In this document: piece after piece, positions 47,941 through 57,542 of the stretch
How the letters are laid out: each line of letters starts with the position of its first letter
Numbering within the stretch: the first letter of the stretch is position 1
Assembly: GCA_938083505.1 (NCBI GenBank)
Contig: CALKCF010000006.1
Location: forward strand, 32,001 to 96,000
Source: an uncultured archaeon
GTDB taxonomy: Archaea > Thermoproteota > Nitrososphaeria_A > Caldarchaeales > Wolframiiraptoraceae
Direction of reading: 5' to 3'
Length of the DNA stretch: 64,000 nucleotides
Position numbers and translations under genes: made by a program
Notes under the pieces: generated by a model
What the model saw: the letters and a program-made list of their open reading frames with translations, nothing else
What the model was told of the DNA's origin: nothing
Database searches by the model: none

Positions 47941-48308
47941 ACGTGATGGGAAACTCTGCTATATATTTTTTATAACATGAAGAAGAGAGCATCCGTCGTT
48001 CTCTATTCTAAAAATTTGGATAATTGTTTGAGATAATTTGGAAAAGCATAGAGATATGCATCTGTTTTGAATGTATAGACAGCTATGTCCTCGTCCTCCA
48101 CAAAAACCCTAGCGTAAAACTAATTGGTACAGAGTGTGACGTTCTAAGCAAAGAGTTTAAGGATTATTCATGAAATATAATAAAAATTTTAAAATAGTCT
48201 TAGTCTTAGTGAATTATGAAAAAGATTAATCTTTACTAATTCGCAGGGCTCAACGGGTGATAATGTATTTAACTTAGTCATTTATCGTGAAGAAATCGGT
48301 GAGAGAGC

Positions 48309-48590
48309 TTGAAGGCCGAGATCGGAAGAATATGTTTTAAGATTGCAGGTAGAGAGGCTGGACAAAAATGCGTAATCGTCGGTGTTATTGATAAGAATTT
48401 TGTTTTGGTGACAGGCCCGAAAAATTTGACCGGTGTTAGACGCAGGAAAGTGAACGTTTCACATCTAACCTTTACGCCGTATAAAATTAACATAAAGGAG
48501 AACGCATCAGACGAAGAAGTTCTAAAAACTATACAAGAATCCGGGCTTATGGATTTTATGAAAGAGGAGGCGAAGGTTAAGTTTGAATGA
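48309..48590 (+). CDS. rpl14e: 50S ribosomal protein L14e
   Basis: GRIC.KIAGREAG.KCVIV, VTGPK.LTGVRRRKVN..HL. Confidence 0.96.
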   Translation: MKAEIGRICFKIAGREAGQKCVIVGVIDKNFVLVTGPKNLTGVRRRKVNVSHLTFTPYKINIKENASDEEVLKTIQESGLMDFMKEEAKVKFE

Positions 48591-49634
48591 CGTAGTTGGG
48601 AGCCTTGTTCCACCCTGGCAACATGAGAGAAGGACAATAGTGAGGCTTGAGGCTGAAACCAACCCAAATTATGGATACAATCCTTATGAGAGACCTATCA
48701 GGATGCACCTGAAGTTAGGCGTTATTAATCTCGATAAACCAAAGGGACCTACAAGCCACGAAGTATCCTCGAAAATAAAAGATCTGTTGAGAGTGGAACG
48801 GGCTGGTCATGGCGGGACCCTAGGAGGCTTTAAGCCTGGGGACATCCGGCCGTTTCCGGCGTGTTGCCAATATTGTTAGAAGAATCTACAAAATGCGCTA
48901 AAGCAATTATGCAAGCCGGAAAAGAATATATCTGTCTGATGAGGTTACACGATGACGTTTCTGATGAAAAACTCTTGGAAGCAGTAAAGCTCTTCACCGG
49001 GCAGATATACCAGATACCACCAGTAAGATCGTCCGTTGTGAGAAAACCAAGGGTGAGAACGATATATTCAGCAGAGATAATCGAGCGGAGCGGCAGGGAT
49101 GTTTTGATGAAAATAGCTTGTTCTGGTGGAACTTATATAAGAAAATATTGTCATGACTTAGGGCTATACTTAGGATGCGGAGCACATATGCAGGAACTCA
49201 GAAGGACAAGAGCTGGACCCTATGAGGAGGGGTTTTCGTTCAGCTTATTGGATGTTTATGAAGCCGTTAAACTTTATAAAGAAAATGGTGAGGAGCGTAT
49301 GTTGAGGGACGTCGTTCAACCTGTAGAGACTGCTGTCAAATTATTACCAAAGGTCTACATATTAGATTCAGCTGTTGATGCTATATGTCATGGAGCTAAC
49401 TTAACGGTAGCAGGTATATCTAAACTTGATGATGAAATAAAACGCGGCGATGAAGTGGCTATCATGACATTAAAAGGTGAGCTCGTTGCACTTGGCAGAG
49501 CACAGATGAGTACTGAAGAGATTTTAAACATCCTCAAGGGAATAGCTGTGGATATTGAAAGGGTTATCATGGATAGGGGTACTTATCCTTCCGTCTGGAA
49601 AAGGGGCAGCAAAGATTTTAATGGTTCAATTTAA
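48583..49634 (+). CDS. cbf5: H/ACA pseudouridine synthase Cbf5, spliced: join(48583..48823,48844..49634), 343 aa
   Basis: Exon 1 DKPKGPTSHEV...GHGGTL; exon 2 PAVSGVLP, KEY, GTYIR, ELRR, PUA domain. Removing 20 nt restores GHGGTLDPAVSGVLP. Confidence 0.95.
48824..48843 (+). other. Bulge-helix-bulge mRNA intron (20 nt) in cbf5
   Basis: Sequence GAGGCTTTAAGCCTGGGGAC. Central helix CCCT(48818-21)/GGGG(48838-41); bulges AG|G and AC|A; inner stem AGGCT/AGCCT; outer stem GGCGGGA/TCCGGCC with one mismatch. Confidence 0.92.
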
Positions 49635-49658
49635 CCTAAATTTTGGAAGTAACTTATC

Positions 49659-49744
49659 GCCGGGGTAGCCTAGCGGATAAGGCGCAGGCCTTGAGAGCCT
49701 GTGACCCTATGAGGGTCGCCTGGGTTCGAATCCCAGCCCCGGCG
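49659..49744 (+). tRNA. tRNA-Ser(TGA), intronless, CCA not encoded
   Basis: Acceptor GCCGGGG/CCCCGGC, anticodon arm CAGGC-CTTGAGA-GCCTG, long variable arm GACCCT..AGGGTC, T arm CTGGG-TTCGAAT-CCCAG, discriminator G. Confidence 0.95.
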
Positions 49745-50225
49745 TCAACTACCACTGTTGGATTTTTGAACGAACCTACTTTCTGACAATTTCTCATTAT
49801 GATCTGAAAACGTCTTCATTCAAACAAGTGACGAAGTGTGAGCTGTTAGCAGATGGTATAAAGATTCTGGAACGTGAGAAAAACCGTAATGGATGTGGTA
49901 AGACATGGATGTCACTCTTCGTCTATTTTGTTTATATGCCTAGTTTTTAGCTGATAGACAGACAGCAGCAAAACTACCCTCATGATTGTCACCATTATCA
50001 AGAGGTAATTTGAGGTCCTAATGTAACTCTTTTCTGAAGGCATATCGCTTAAATTTTCCACGAGTCATTCTAAGGTCATTAGCTTTGTTGCGATTTCATG
50101 ATACGTAGAACATACCAATATTCGAAGTTTTGTTCAAAGAATTGAAAATTAATTTCCCAAATTATCAAACGATTTGAATTTATCTTAAAGGTTATAAGGT
50201 TGTATGATAATCTTAGGAGCTGAAC

Positions 50226-51341
50226 ATGGCAAAATGCCTACTTTGTGGTAAAACTTCTAACATAATATCGAGCAGCACCGGTTTCTGTGTTGAATGTATA
50301 AGGAGCAGGCCAGACGATGTCATCCCAACCATAATGCAGAAACATGCTAATGCGAGAATCGTGTACAACTTACCTTCTGAGCCTCCTAAGGGTACAGGGG
50401 TGAAGTGTACGATATGTGCTAACGAATGCGTGTTAGGTGATGGTGAACGTGGCTTCTGTGGCATTAGGTGTAACGTAGGAGGAAAATTATATTCGCTCTC
50501 TACACCTGAAAAAGCACCACTCTACTATTATCTTGACCCACATATAACAAACTGTTGTGCTGCTTGGTTCTGCCCTGCAGGCACAGGTTCTGGATATCCA
50601 AAGTATGCATGTAGAAACGGTCCCGAATACGGATACTACAACTTGGCAATATTCTTTTACGGATGTAACTTTGATTGCTTATTTTGTCAGAATTGGAGCC
50701 ATAAGAATGTAAGCGCTTCGTCACAAGTCACTGCAGAAGAGCTTGTCAACATCACCTTGAAGAATGATAAGATAACATGCTGGTGCTTCTTTGGAGGCTC
50801 TCCGGAACCACACTTGCCGTTCGTCATAAATGTTTCGCGAAAAGTTCTGGAATTAATAAAAGATAAGAGGGTCATGAGGATATGCTTCGAGTGGAATGGT
50901 TGCGGCAATGAGCATATGGTTAGAAAGTGTGGCGAATTAGCATTCGTTAGTGGTGGAAACATAAAGTTCGACCTGAAAGCTTTTGATCCTACACTTAGCT
51001 TGGCGCTAAGCGGTGTTAAAAACGACAAAGCTTATAAAAACTTTAGCATGCTATTCAATGAGTTTTACAGAGAAAGGAAAGAGTTGCCCGTCCTTACGGC
51101 TACCACACTTTTGGTTCCAGGATACGTTGATGAAAAAGAGATAGAGGGTATTGCTAAGTTCATATCGGAACATGATGAAAACATACCATATAGTCTACTG
51201 ATTTTTCATCCGGATTACATGATGCGCGACTTAACGGTAACACCCATCTCTCAAGTAAAAAAGTGTGTAGCTACAGCAAAGAAATACCTAAAAAACGTCA
51301 ACATAGGAAATGTGCATCTCCTTAGCATCGCACCGCCTTAG
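50226..51341 (+). CDS. Radical SAM protein (PflA/AmmeMemoRadiSam-like) with Cys-rich N-terminus
   Basis: CNFDCLFCQN, FFGGSPEP, KFDLKA, LLVPGY, FHPDY. Confidence 0.85.
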   Translation: MAKCLLCGKTSNIISSSTGFCVECIRSRPDDVIPTIMQKHANARIVYNLPSEPPKGTGVKCTICANECVLGDGERGFCGIRCNVGGKLYSLSTPEKAPLYYYLDPHITNCCAAWFCPAGTGSGYPKYACRNGPEYGYYNLAIFFYGCNFDCLFCQNWSHKNVSASSQVTAEELVNITLKNDKITCWCFFGGSPEPHLPFVINVSRKVLELIKDKRVMRICFEWNGCGNEHMVRKCGELAFVSGGNIKFDLKAFDPTLSLALSGVKNDKAYKNFSMLFNEFYRERKELPVLTATTLLVPGYVDEKEIEGIAKFISEHDENIPYSLLIFHPDYMMRDLTVTPISQVKKCVATAKKYLKNVNIGNVHLLSIAPP

Positions 51342-51345
51342 TTAT

Positions 51346-52467
51346 TTAAGATACAGGTTTGTAGACAATGTTTAAAGATTCAGCAGATGAGTAAGCACCT
51401 TCCATTTCCTGAAACGTTGGTCTGCGTGCTATATCTGGATATTCGTCAGGCCTCTCGGCAACGATGTATTCAGGCCTATACTGCTCCATTATATTTACTA
51501 GAGCCCTAGGACAATTCTCGGATATCCACCTTAGGATAGGCTTAGTGCAACATTCCAAGTGGTTTGGCAATACAAGGTGTCTGATTATCATATCACCAGA
51601 GTCATGTGCTATTTTATGGTTCCTCGATACTATCTCAAAGTAGCGTGGAACTTTAGAAAGTCTGATTGCGCAATTGTCGTTTCCATATTTGAAGTCCGGT
51701 AACCATATATCTATCACATCAACTAAGAGCTTAATGCTTTCTAAAGACATGTACATATTACTATTCCAGAGCATCGGCACATTCGTCTCAAGATACTTAA
51801 TACCTTCAAGTATCGTGTAAAGGTTTGGTGTTGGTTCACCACCGACGAAGTTTATATTCAGTGCACCAGTAGTTCTCAGCTCTTTCATTATAAGAGCTAG
51901 CTTTTTTCCATCAATCTCTATACCGTTAAGGGGATCTTGCGATATATCCCAATTCTGGCAAAAAACACACCTAAAGGTGCAACCTGCAAAAAATATAGTC
52001 CCTGAACCACCATAACCTACTAAAGGCGGCTCTTCTCCAAAATGGTGAAACCATGTAGAGACCCTGGATTTGTTATTGACCCTACAAGTGCCGAGCTTTT
52101 TATCTTCGTATCTATTAACTTTGCACTTCCACTCACAAAAATGGCAATTTTTTAATATCCTTTTAGCGATCTCAACTTTTAGATCAACGTAGTTCACAGC
52201 CACAGGCTTCAGCTCATCTAATAGCATCCTATCATTCTTTATATCGTTCAAGATTTCGTTAAAGATTTTAGTGAGTCTTTCATGTTCTTCCCAAAGCCTT
52301 TCGTTCGAACTGGACTCTATGTTTACTTCGCAAGGTATCCTTTTCGCTATGAGAAACTTTGCGGGCTTTAAATTACTCATAACGCTGTAATACCACTTAA
52401 GTCTCTCCCTGACCTCCCGGTTCTGCCATACCGAGGTTGCGAATAGACGCCTCACGGGTGCGCTCAA
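51346..52467 (-). CDS. Radical SAM protein, PflX family
   Basis: H.GEEPPL, GSGTIFF.GCTFRCVFCQNWDIS, DIWLPDFKYG, IIRHLVLP, NIM.QYRP. Confidence 0.88.
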   Translation of the reverse strand: MSAPVRRLFATSVWQNREVRERLKWYYSVMSNLKPAKFLIAKRIPCEVNIESSSNERLWEEHERLTKIFNEILNDIKNDRMLLDELKPVAVNYVDLKVEIAKRILKNCHFCEWKCKVNRYEDKKLGTCRVNNKSRVSTWFHHFGEEPPLVGYGGSGTIFFAGCTFRCVFCQNWDISQDPLNGIEIDGKKLALIMKELRTTGALNINFVGGEPTPNLYTILEGIKYLETNVPMLWNSNMYMSLESIKLLVDVIDIWLPDFKYGNDNCAIRLSKVPRYFEIVSRNHKIAHDSGDMIIRHLVLPNHLECCTKPILRWISENCPRALVNIMEQYRPEYIVAERPDEYPDIARRPTFQEMEGAYSSAESLNIVYKPVS

Positions 52468-52512
52468 ATAATTTTACTATAAGGTTACTAATCAAGTTAT
52501 AGGCACAACACC

Positions 52513-53115
52513 CTATGTTGCATAAAATCTAATGCCGCTTGCTATGAATTCTATCGCTATTGCCGCTATAAATACTGCCATTAACCTTGAAATAACGACC
52601 GAGCCTGTCTCGCCTAGGAAATTGTTTATAGGCTCCATAGCCCTAATTATTAGCCAAGTTATGAGTAATACAACTATAACCGATATTACGGTTACAAATA
52701 CACCAGTCGTCTGGATGTTAACTATAGTTAAGGTTATAGCACCAGGCCCGACCAGCAAAGGGAACGCAATAGGTACAACACCTATACTTCTGTCGGACAA
52801 GTGCCTTTCTTCCCACATACCATGGATGAGTATTTTAATGGAGATTATGAGCAGTAAAAGACCACCCGCTATCTTAAAGCTGTGAATAGAAATGTTAAAT
52901 ACTAAAAGAATACTCTGACCGGCCAATGCAAAGACGTTAAGCAGAACAAATGAAATGACTATAGCCGTCCTAAAAGTCTTGCTCCTTTCCTCTCGAGTCA
53001 TATTACTGGTTAAACCTATGAATATAGGTATGTTTCCGATAGGATCAACTATGATAAAAAGTGCGATGATGGATTTTATAAGCTCATCAATCGCTATTTC
53101 CATATACGGATTCAC
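52513..53115 (-). CDS. MarC family membrane protein
   Basis: DPIGNIP.F, F.IAGGLLL, VPIAFPLLVGPGAI. Confidence 0.92.
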   Translation of the reverse strand: MNPYMEIAIDELIKSIIALFIIVDPIGNIPIFIGLTSNMTREERSKTFRTAIVISFVLLNVFALAGQSILLVFNISIHSFKIAGGLLLLIISIKILIHGMWEERHLSDRSIGVVPIAFPLLVGPGAITLTIVNIQTTGVFVTVISVIVVLLITWLIIRAMEPINNFLGETGSVVISRLMAVFIAAIAIEFIASGIRFYAT

Positions 53116-53142
53116 ACTGATTGGTAATTAAAGTTTTACTCA

Positions 53143-54018
53143 CTATTTGAATGTCCCTGTTAATAAATTATTGAGTGGCTTCGCTTTAAACTCTATAACC
53201 ACGTGTTCCCTTGTTGCGGAATAAGATTTTACAACCCTTGAACATATTAGCGTGCTTGTATAACCTAGACGGAGACACAGTTCACTTATCCTATTCCATA
53301 GTTCATCTTTTCCGGTTCCTTTACTCACAAGTTCGTGAAAATGGATCGTAGCACCTCCGGGTTTAACAACACTTAGAGCCGCTGGCAAGGCCTCTATCGT
53401 TCCTCCAAAATAGCCCATTATAATCCTATCCGCTACACGGCCAAGCGTTGGTGTCAACTCTTTACAATCACCAAGCATAGGTTCCACTATATGTTCAACA
53501 TTGTTGAGTATTGTATTTATCTTAAGATACTTGTAAGCCTCTTCGTTGATTTCTATGGCGTAAACTTTAGAAGGCTTTGAGATCGCGGCACATGGTATTG
53601 AAAACTGACCTACACCTGCAAACATGTCGACTATAACCTCTCCAAACCTAACGGACTTCGCAGTTCTGAGACGTTCGTAACTATTTCCTAGACATAACAT
53701 CAATTTTGATACGTCGATCATAAACTTGTATCCATATTCTTTGTGGATCGTTTCGGCATTCGGATCACCATATATTAACTCCACAACCGGTTGCCTTAGC
53801 TTACCGGTAACACCTTGCAGCCTTAAAACGGTCTTCACGGTTGGGTAAAATTCTGCAACAGCCTTGCCCAGTTCTTTTAGGTCTATTCTTTCGTCTTGAA
53901 ACTTTACGAGTGCTACATGCCCTATAATTTTAGCTTTTTTAGGGAAGATATTTGGGTCAATTTCCGTGAATTTTGACTTTAAGAATTCCTTCAACGAAGT
54001 CCGTCGCAAAGTAAGCAT
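53143..54018 (-). CDS. Trm5/Taw2 (Met-10+-like) SAM-dependent tRNA modification enzyme
   Basis: G.LRQP, ETIHKEYG, GN..ER.R, DMFAGVG.F, ADRIIMGY, VKSY. Confidence 0.85.
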   Translation of the reverse strand: MLTLRRTSLKEFLKSKFTEIDPNIFPKKAKIIGHVALVKFQDERIDLKELGKAVAEFYPTVKTVLRLQGVTGKLRQPVVELIYGDPNAETIHKEYGYKFMIDVSKLMLCLGNSYERLRTAKSVRFGEVIVDMFAGVGQFSIPCAAISKPSKVYAIEINEEAYKYLKINTILNNVEHIVEPMLGDCKELTPTLGRVADRIIMGYFGGTIEALPAALSVVKPGGATIHFHELVSKGTGKDELWNRISELCLRLGYTSTLICSRVVKSYSATREHVVIEFKAKPLNNLLTGTFK

Positions 54019-54076
54019 CCCTGAACGTCCCTTACCTTAAAATGGACATATGCTTATTTTGAAATGTTTCATAACA

Positions 54077-54277
54077 TCATTTAACTTTAACTGCATAGTA
54101 GCCTTCTTTCTTAATATTTAGGAGTGTAGCTATCTCTGAAAGTTCTGGTTTTATAAGTATTAGAAGACCTTGGTATGTTGAAGCAAGATTTGTAGATCCA
54201 CATACATCACATGTGTCACCCGACACTATTCTTTTACAGTTCCTGCATACTTTTTCTCTAACCGACACTTGTTTCAA
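54077..54277 (-). CDS. spt4: Transcription elongation factor Spt4 (RpoE'')
   Basis: CRNC...CDVCGS, G.L.LI.PE.SEIA, G.YAVKV. Confidence 0.93.
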   Translation of the reverse strand: MKQVSVREKVCRNCKRIVSGDTCDVCGSTNLASTYQGLLILIKPELSEIATLLNIKKEGYYAVKVK

Positions 54278-54839
54278 CTTTTCTCTCGGACCCCTTTAAC
54301 TTTTTCACTTCTTCCTTTATCCATTCAATCTTACCTAAGAATGGTTGTCTAGTCGTTATACCGATCTTGCCTGAAGCACCACTCGTTAATGAGACTGCAA
54401 CTATTCTAGCTCTAACACTATCACCTACAATTAGCTTTTTTCCTGTCTTCTTTCCGGTCAGCATGGAATGTTTTTCATCATAATCTAAATAATCATCCAT
54501 TATTTGGGATATGTGGAGTAAGGCATCTACTGGCCCTATTCTAACGAAAGCTCCAAAATCCGTAAGCTCAACTACCTCTCCCTCAACTACTTCCTGGACC
54601 TTTGGTAGGTATGTAAGAAGCTTTAGCCTATATTTATGATATGTTGAACCATCCCGGGGTAGAAGATACCCAACCGGTTCAACGTCGATATCAACTATAG
54701 CTATGACGTATCCAAGTTCTTCATCGATTATACCTTCATATATGTTCTTTAACTGTTGCATAGCGACTTCTTTCAATGGTTTGTGAAATTCTTTTGGAGG
54801 AATACCTATCGCATTCTCAACTTCAAATAACATGAACAA
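54258..54839 (-). CDS. rpoE1: RNA polymerase subunit E' (Rpo7)
   Basis: EVVEGEV, FGAFVRIGPVDALLHISQIMDD, RQPFLGK.EW. Confidence 0.96.
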   Translation of the reverse strand: MFMLFEVENAIGIPPKEFHKPLKEVAMQQLKNIYEGIIDEELGYVIAIVDIDVEPVGYLLPRDGSTYHKYRLKLLTYLPKVQEVVEGEVVELTDFGAFVRIGPVDALLHISQIMDDYLDYDEKHSMLTGKKTGKKLIVGDSVRARIVAVSLTSGASGKIGITTRQPFLGKIEWIKEEVKKLKGSERKVETSVG

Positions 54840-54912
54840 TTCTCATGCACCTTGTTACTGCCGATTAAACTAACTTATTACGGCACACTCTACTTGGCCT
54901 AATATATACTTT

Positions 54913-55350
54913 TCAGGGTATGAAACCCTCTACCCTTATTTCTCCTTTTTTGTTGAGATATATTACAGAAACATTGGAGTTTCTCAGAGCTCTCCTTAGC
55001 CCACTATCTAACGTCAATACAGGCAACCTCAACGCTTTAGCTGTCTTAAGCAGAGCAAGGTCTACGTTCTCCTCCTCTATGCTTGTATTTAACTGCTCGA
55101 ACTTCTCACAAAGAATAAGAGCCAAGCCTGCCCTTCTTGCCTTCATACCTCTACCCCTTGCCCTTGCAAGGGACCTGAGTTCTTCAACGACATTAGGTAT
55201 CACAACAGGAGCGATTTTTGTGTTCAAACTTTCTTCAACTCTTGCGAGTAAGTCTTCACCTAATTCTGCTATCCTCATTAAAAAACTGGTATCAACAAGT
55301 ACTCTCAAGGTGCAGTTTATCTTACTATACCGTAACCTATTAGTCTCCAA
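54913..55350 (-). CDS. PIN-domain protein (Fcf1/Utp24-like)
   Basis: VLVDTSFLM, V.EEL, VD, LTLD..LR; eif2g-PIN-rpoE context. The true start may be TTG 55308. Confidence 0.8.
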   Translation of the reverse strand: METNRLRYSKINCTLRVLVDTSFLMRIAELGEDLLARVEESLNTKIAPVVIPNVVEELRSLARARGRGMKARRAGLALILCEKFEQLNTSIEEENVDLALLKTAKALRLPVLTLDSGLRRALRNSNVSVIYLNKKGEIRVEGFIP

Positions 55351-56561
55351 CCAGTACCTATCTTTCTGCTTATCGTCACCCTGTCACCTATATTGACGCA
55401 TATCGGTCTTGTAAGTGCAAACTCCATAACCGTACCCGTCTTTTTTGTCACAACACCTTTTACTACTGCAGAATAGGCATTTATGACGAGTTGTTCCTTT
55501 TCTGACAAAGCTTTAACTTCAACGTCACCTTCAAGACCAACAACTTTGTTGAAAAGTTCGTACTCTAGATGGATGTGGTACATTGTTGGCGGTAAAGTTC
55601 CTGGCTTACCTACAACATTTCCGGTCAACCCATCAGATTTTGTTAGTGATGGATCAAGCTCCGTTTCGATACCTGTGAGTCCGCCGCTTACTGCCTCCTC
55701 AACGTTCTTGCCACCAGCACGTATATTCACAACCCTAGTGTATAACGGCTCATAGTTCTCCTGAGGTTTCTCTGGATTTTTCGGTAAACCTGGGGCTATC
55801 TCTATCTCATCACCCACCCGCACCTTTCCTTGAGTTATCGAGCCACCTATGACTCCTCCCCTAAGCTCGTCTGCACGTGTTCCCGGACGGTTCACATCAA
55901 ACGATCTTAATATCGGCATCCTGAATGGTAAATCTAAGTTTCTTTTGGGTGTAGAAATATATTTTTGGATTGCATACAGCAGGACGTCTATGCCTAGGTT
56001 ATGCTGGCCAGATACAGGTATTATAGGTGCATCGGCGACGTTAGAGTCTTTAATAAACTCTCTAATCTCCTTATAGTTCTGCAACGCTCTCTCTTTTGAT
56101 ACCAGATCGATTTTATTTTGAGAAAATATCAACTTATTGATGCCCAATATCTTTACTGCATGAAAGTGCTCGTTATCTTGAGGTTGGGGAAATTTGAACC
56201 TTGCGTCAACCACGAACAGAGCCCCATCGAAGAGGGGTGCGCTTGAAAGCATAGTAACCATCAACGAGTGATGACCTGGACAGTCTATGAATGAAATTGC
56301 CCTTTCGAACTCGGTTTTCGAGCCGCACTTGGGACAAATCTCCTCCGTCGTATAGTTATAAGGTTCTTCGCAAGATGGGCACCTATAGATAGGGGCGTCT
56401 GCATATCCTATTCTTATTGTGATGCCACGCTTAAGTTCTTCAGAATGCCTTGCAGTCCATACACCAGTAATGCTCTGCACGATCGTAGTTTTGCCGTTGT
56501 CAACATGACCTAATGTTCCTATATTAACCTCGGGCTGCTTTGGCAGCGGCTTGCTCATCAT
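55317..56561 (-). CDS. eif2g: Translation initiation factor 2 gamma subunit
   Basis: QPEVNIG..GHVDNGKTT, HSEELKRGITI, DCPGH, NKID, RSFDVN.PG, WRLIGYG. Confidence 0.97.
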   Translation of the reverse strand: MMSKPLPKQPEVNIGTLGHVDNGKTTIVQSITGVWTARHSEELKRGITIRIGYADAPIYRCPSCEEPYNYTTEEICPKCGSKTEFERAISFIDCPGHHSLMVTMLSSAPLFDGALFVVDARFKFPQPQDNEHFHAVKILGINKLIFSQNKIDLVSKERALQNYKEIREFIKDSNVADAPIIPVSGQHNLGIDVLLYAIQKYISTPKRNLDLPFRMPILRSFDVNRPGTRADELRGGVIGGSITQGKVRVGDEIEIAPGLPKNPEKPQENYEPLYTRVVNIRAGGKNVEEAVSGGLTGIETELDPSLTKSDGLTGNVVGKPGTLPPTMYHIHLEYELFNKVVGLEGDVEVKALSEKEQLVINAYSAVVKGVVTKKTGTVMEFALTRPICVNIGDRVTISRKIGTGWRLIGYGIVR

Positions 56562-56632
56562 TATAAAGATTTTATTAATTTACGCTGTTTATATAGGTTA
56601 AATTCTCTATATATTTTACTATTTTTTTGGTT

Positions 56633-57061
56633 CTATGTATCTGGGCGGAGCTCCTTTTCGTCAAAAAATATCTTGACTTCCCTCTCATAAGATTCTGGGC
56701 TGTCGCATGCGTGAATTAGGTTGTCAGTCTTATCTAATGCTAGATCGCCCCTTATGGTCCCAGGGCTTGCCTCAGCAGGGTCCGTGGCACCTATCATCTT
56801 TCTCACGACGCTTATGGCATTCCTACCTTCGACAACGGCAAGGACGACCCTATCACTAGTCATACATGCTACTAACTCGTCGTAGAATGATTTACCTAGG
56901 TGTTGTCGATAGAGCTCCTCGACTTTTTCTCTCGGAAGCTTCGCAATCTTTAATTGAAGTATTCTTAAACCCTTTTTCTCAAACCTTGATAGTATCTCAC
57001 CGACGAGGCCTCTTTTCAGACAACTGGGTTTAAGTATTATGAAGGACCTTTCGACACTCAT
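56633..57061 (-). CDS. ndk: Nucleoside diphosphate kinase
   Basis: ILKP, RGLVGEI..RFE.KG, PGTIRGD, NLIHACDS. Confidence 0.96.
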   Translation of the reverse strand: MSVERSFIILKPSCLKRGLVGEILSRFEKKGLRILQLKIAKLPREKVEELYRQHLGKSFYDELVACMTSDRVVLAVVEGRNAISVVRKMIGATDPAEASPGTIRGDLALDKTDNLIHACDSPESYEREVKIFFDEKELRPDT

Positions 57062-57073
57062 TTCCTCTTCCCC

Positions 57074-57280
57074 CTAATTTAATGACATATAAGCACGTCT
57101 CTCCTTACCGTAAAATTCCGTCCATTTAATCTTTCTGGGATCTTTCTTGTGTTCTAACATGTAGACTCTACACTTTCTGGAACAGAACCAAAAAGTGGAA
57201 CCATCATTCTTTACGAACAATATACCGTTGCCATGCAAAAACTCTTTTCCACAGAAAGAGCATTTATGTCTAGTTGGCAT
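57074..57280 (-). CDS. rpl24e: 50S ribosomal protein L24e
   Basis: CSFCG, G.LFVKNDG, FCS.KC, PRK.KWT. Confidence 0.95.
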   Translation of the reverse strand: MPTRHKCSFCGKEFLHGNGILFVKNDGSTFWFCSRKCRVYMLEHKKDPRKIKWTEFYGKERRAYMSLN

Positions 57281-57312
57281 GAACCTTTCATCCTACCCTC
57301 GTTTGAACGCTA

Positions 57313-57537
57313 CTACTTTATCTTTTCTGCTTCACGTTCTGTATCTAACAACAGAAGTATATCGCCAACCCTGACAGGTCCCTTAACATTTCTCGATATT
57401 ACCCTACCTTGGTATTTACCCTTGAGTATTCGAACCCTAACTTGTGTCACCTCTCCTGTGATCCCTGTCCTCCCTACGATCTGCTCAACTACTGCTGGTA
57501 CAGGTTCTTCAACTGACGGAGGTGCTTTCTCGCTCAT
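57313..57537 (-). CDS. rps28e: 30S ribosomal protein S28e
   Basis: [35 protein letters not shown]. Confidence 0.96.
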   Translation of the reverse strand: MSEKAPPSVEEPVPAVVEQIVGRTGITGEVTQVRVRILKGKYQGRVISRNVKGPVRVGDILLLLDTEREAEKIK

Positions 57538-57542
57538 GTATA

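Noticed and set aside
47729-47980. 83-aa + strand ORF from the track
   Set aside because: It is the antisense shadow of the NapG/MauM-like pseudogene and has no motifs.
48823-48879. cbf5 break as a sequencing frameshift, pseudogene or programmed frameshift
   Set aside because: It is an insertion of 20 nt, not a 1-2 nt indel, and it forms a BHB with cuts at the required positions.
49745-50225. Non-coding stretch after tRNA-Ser as an integrated element or att site
   Set aside because: No integrase, no duplicated tRNA 3' end seen in the window, and no recognisable ORF or C/D boxes.
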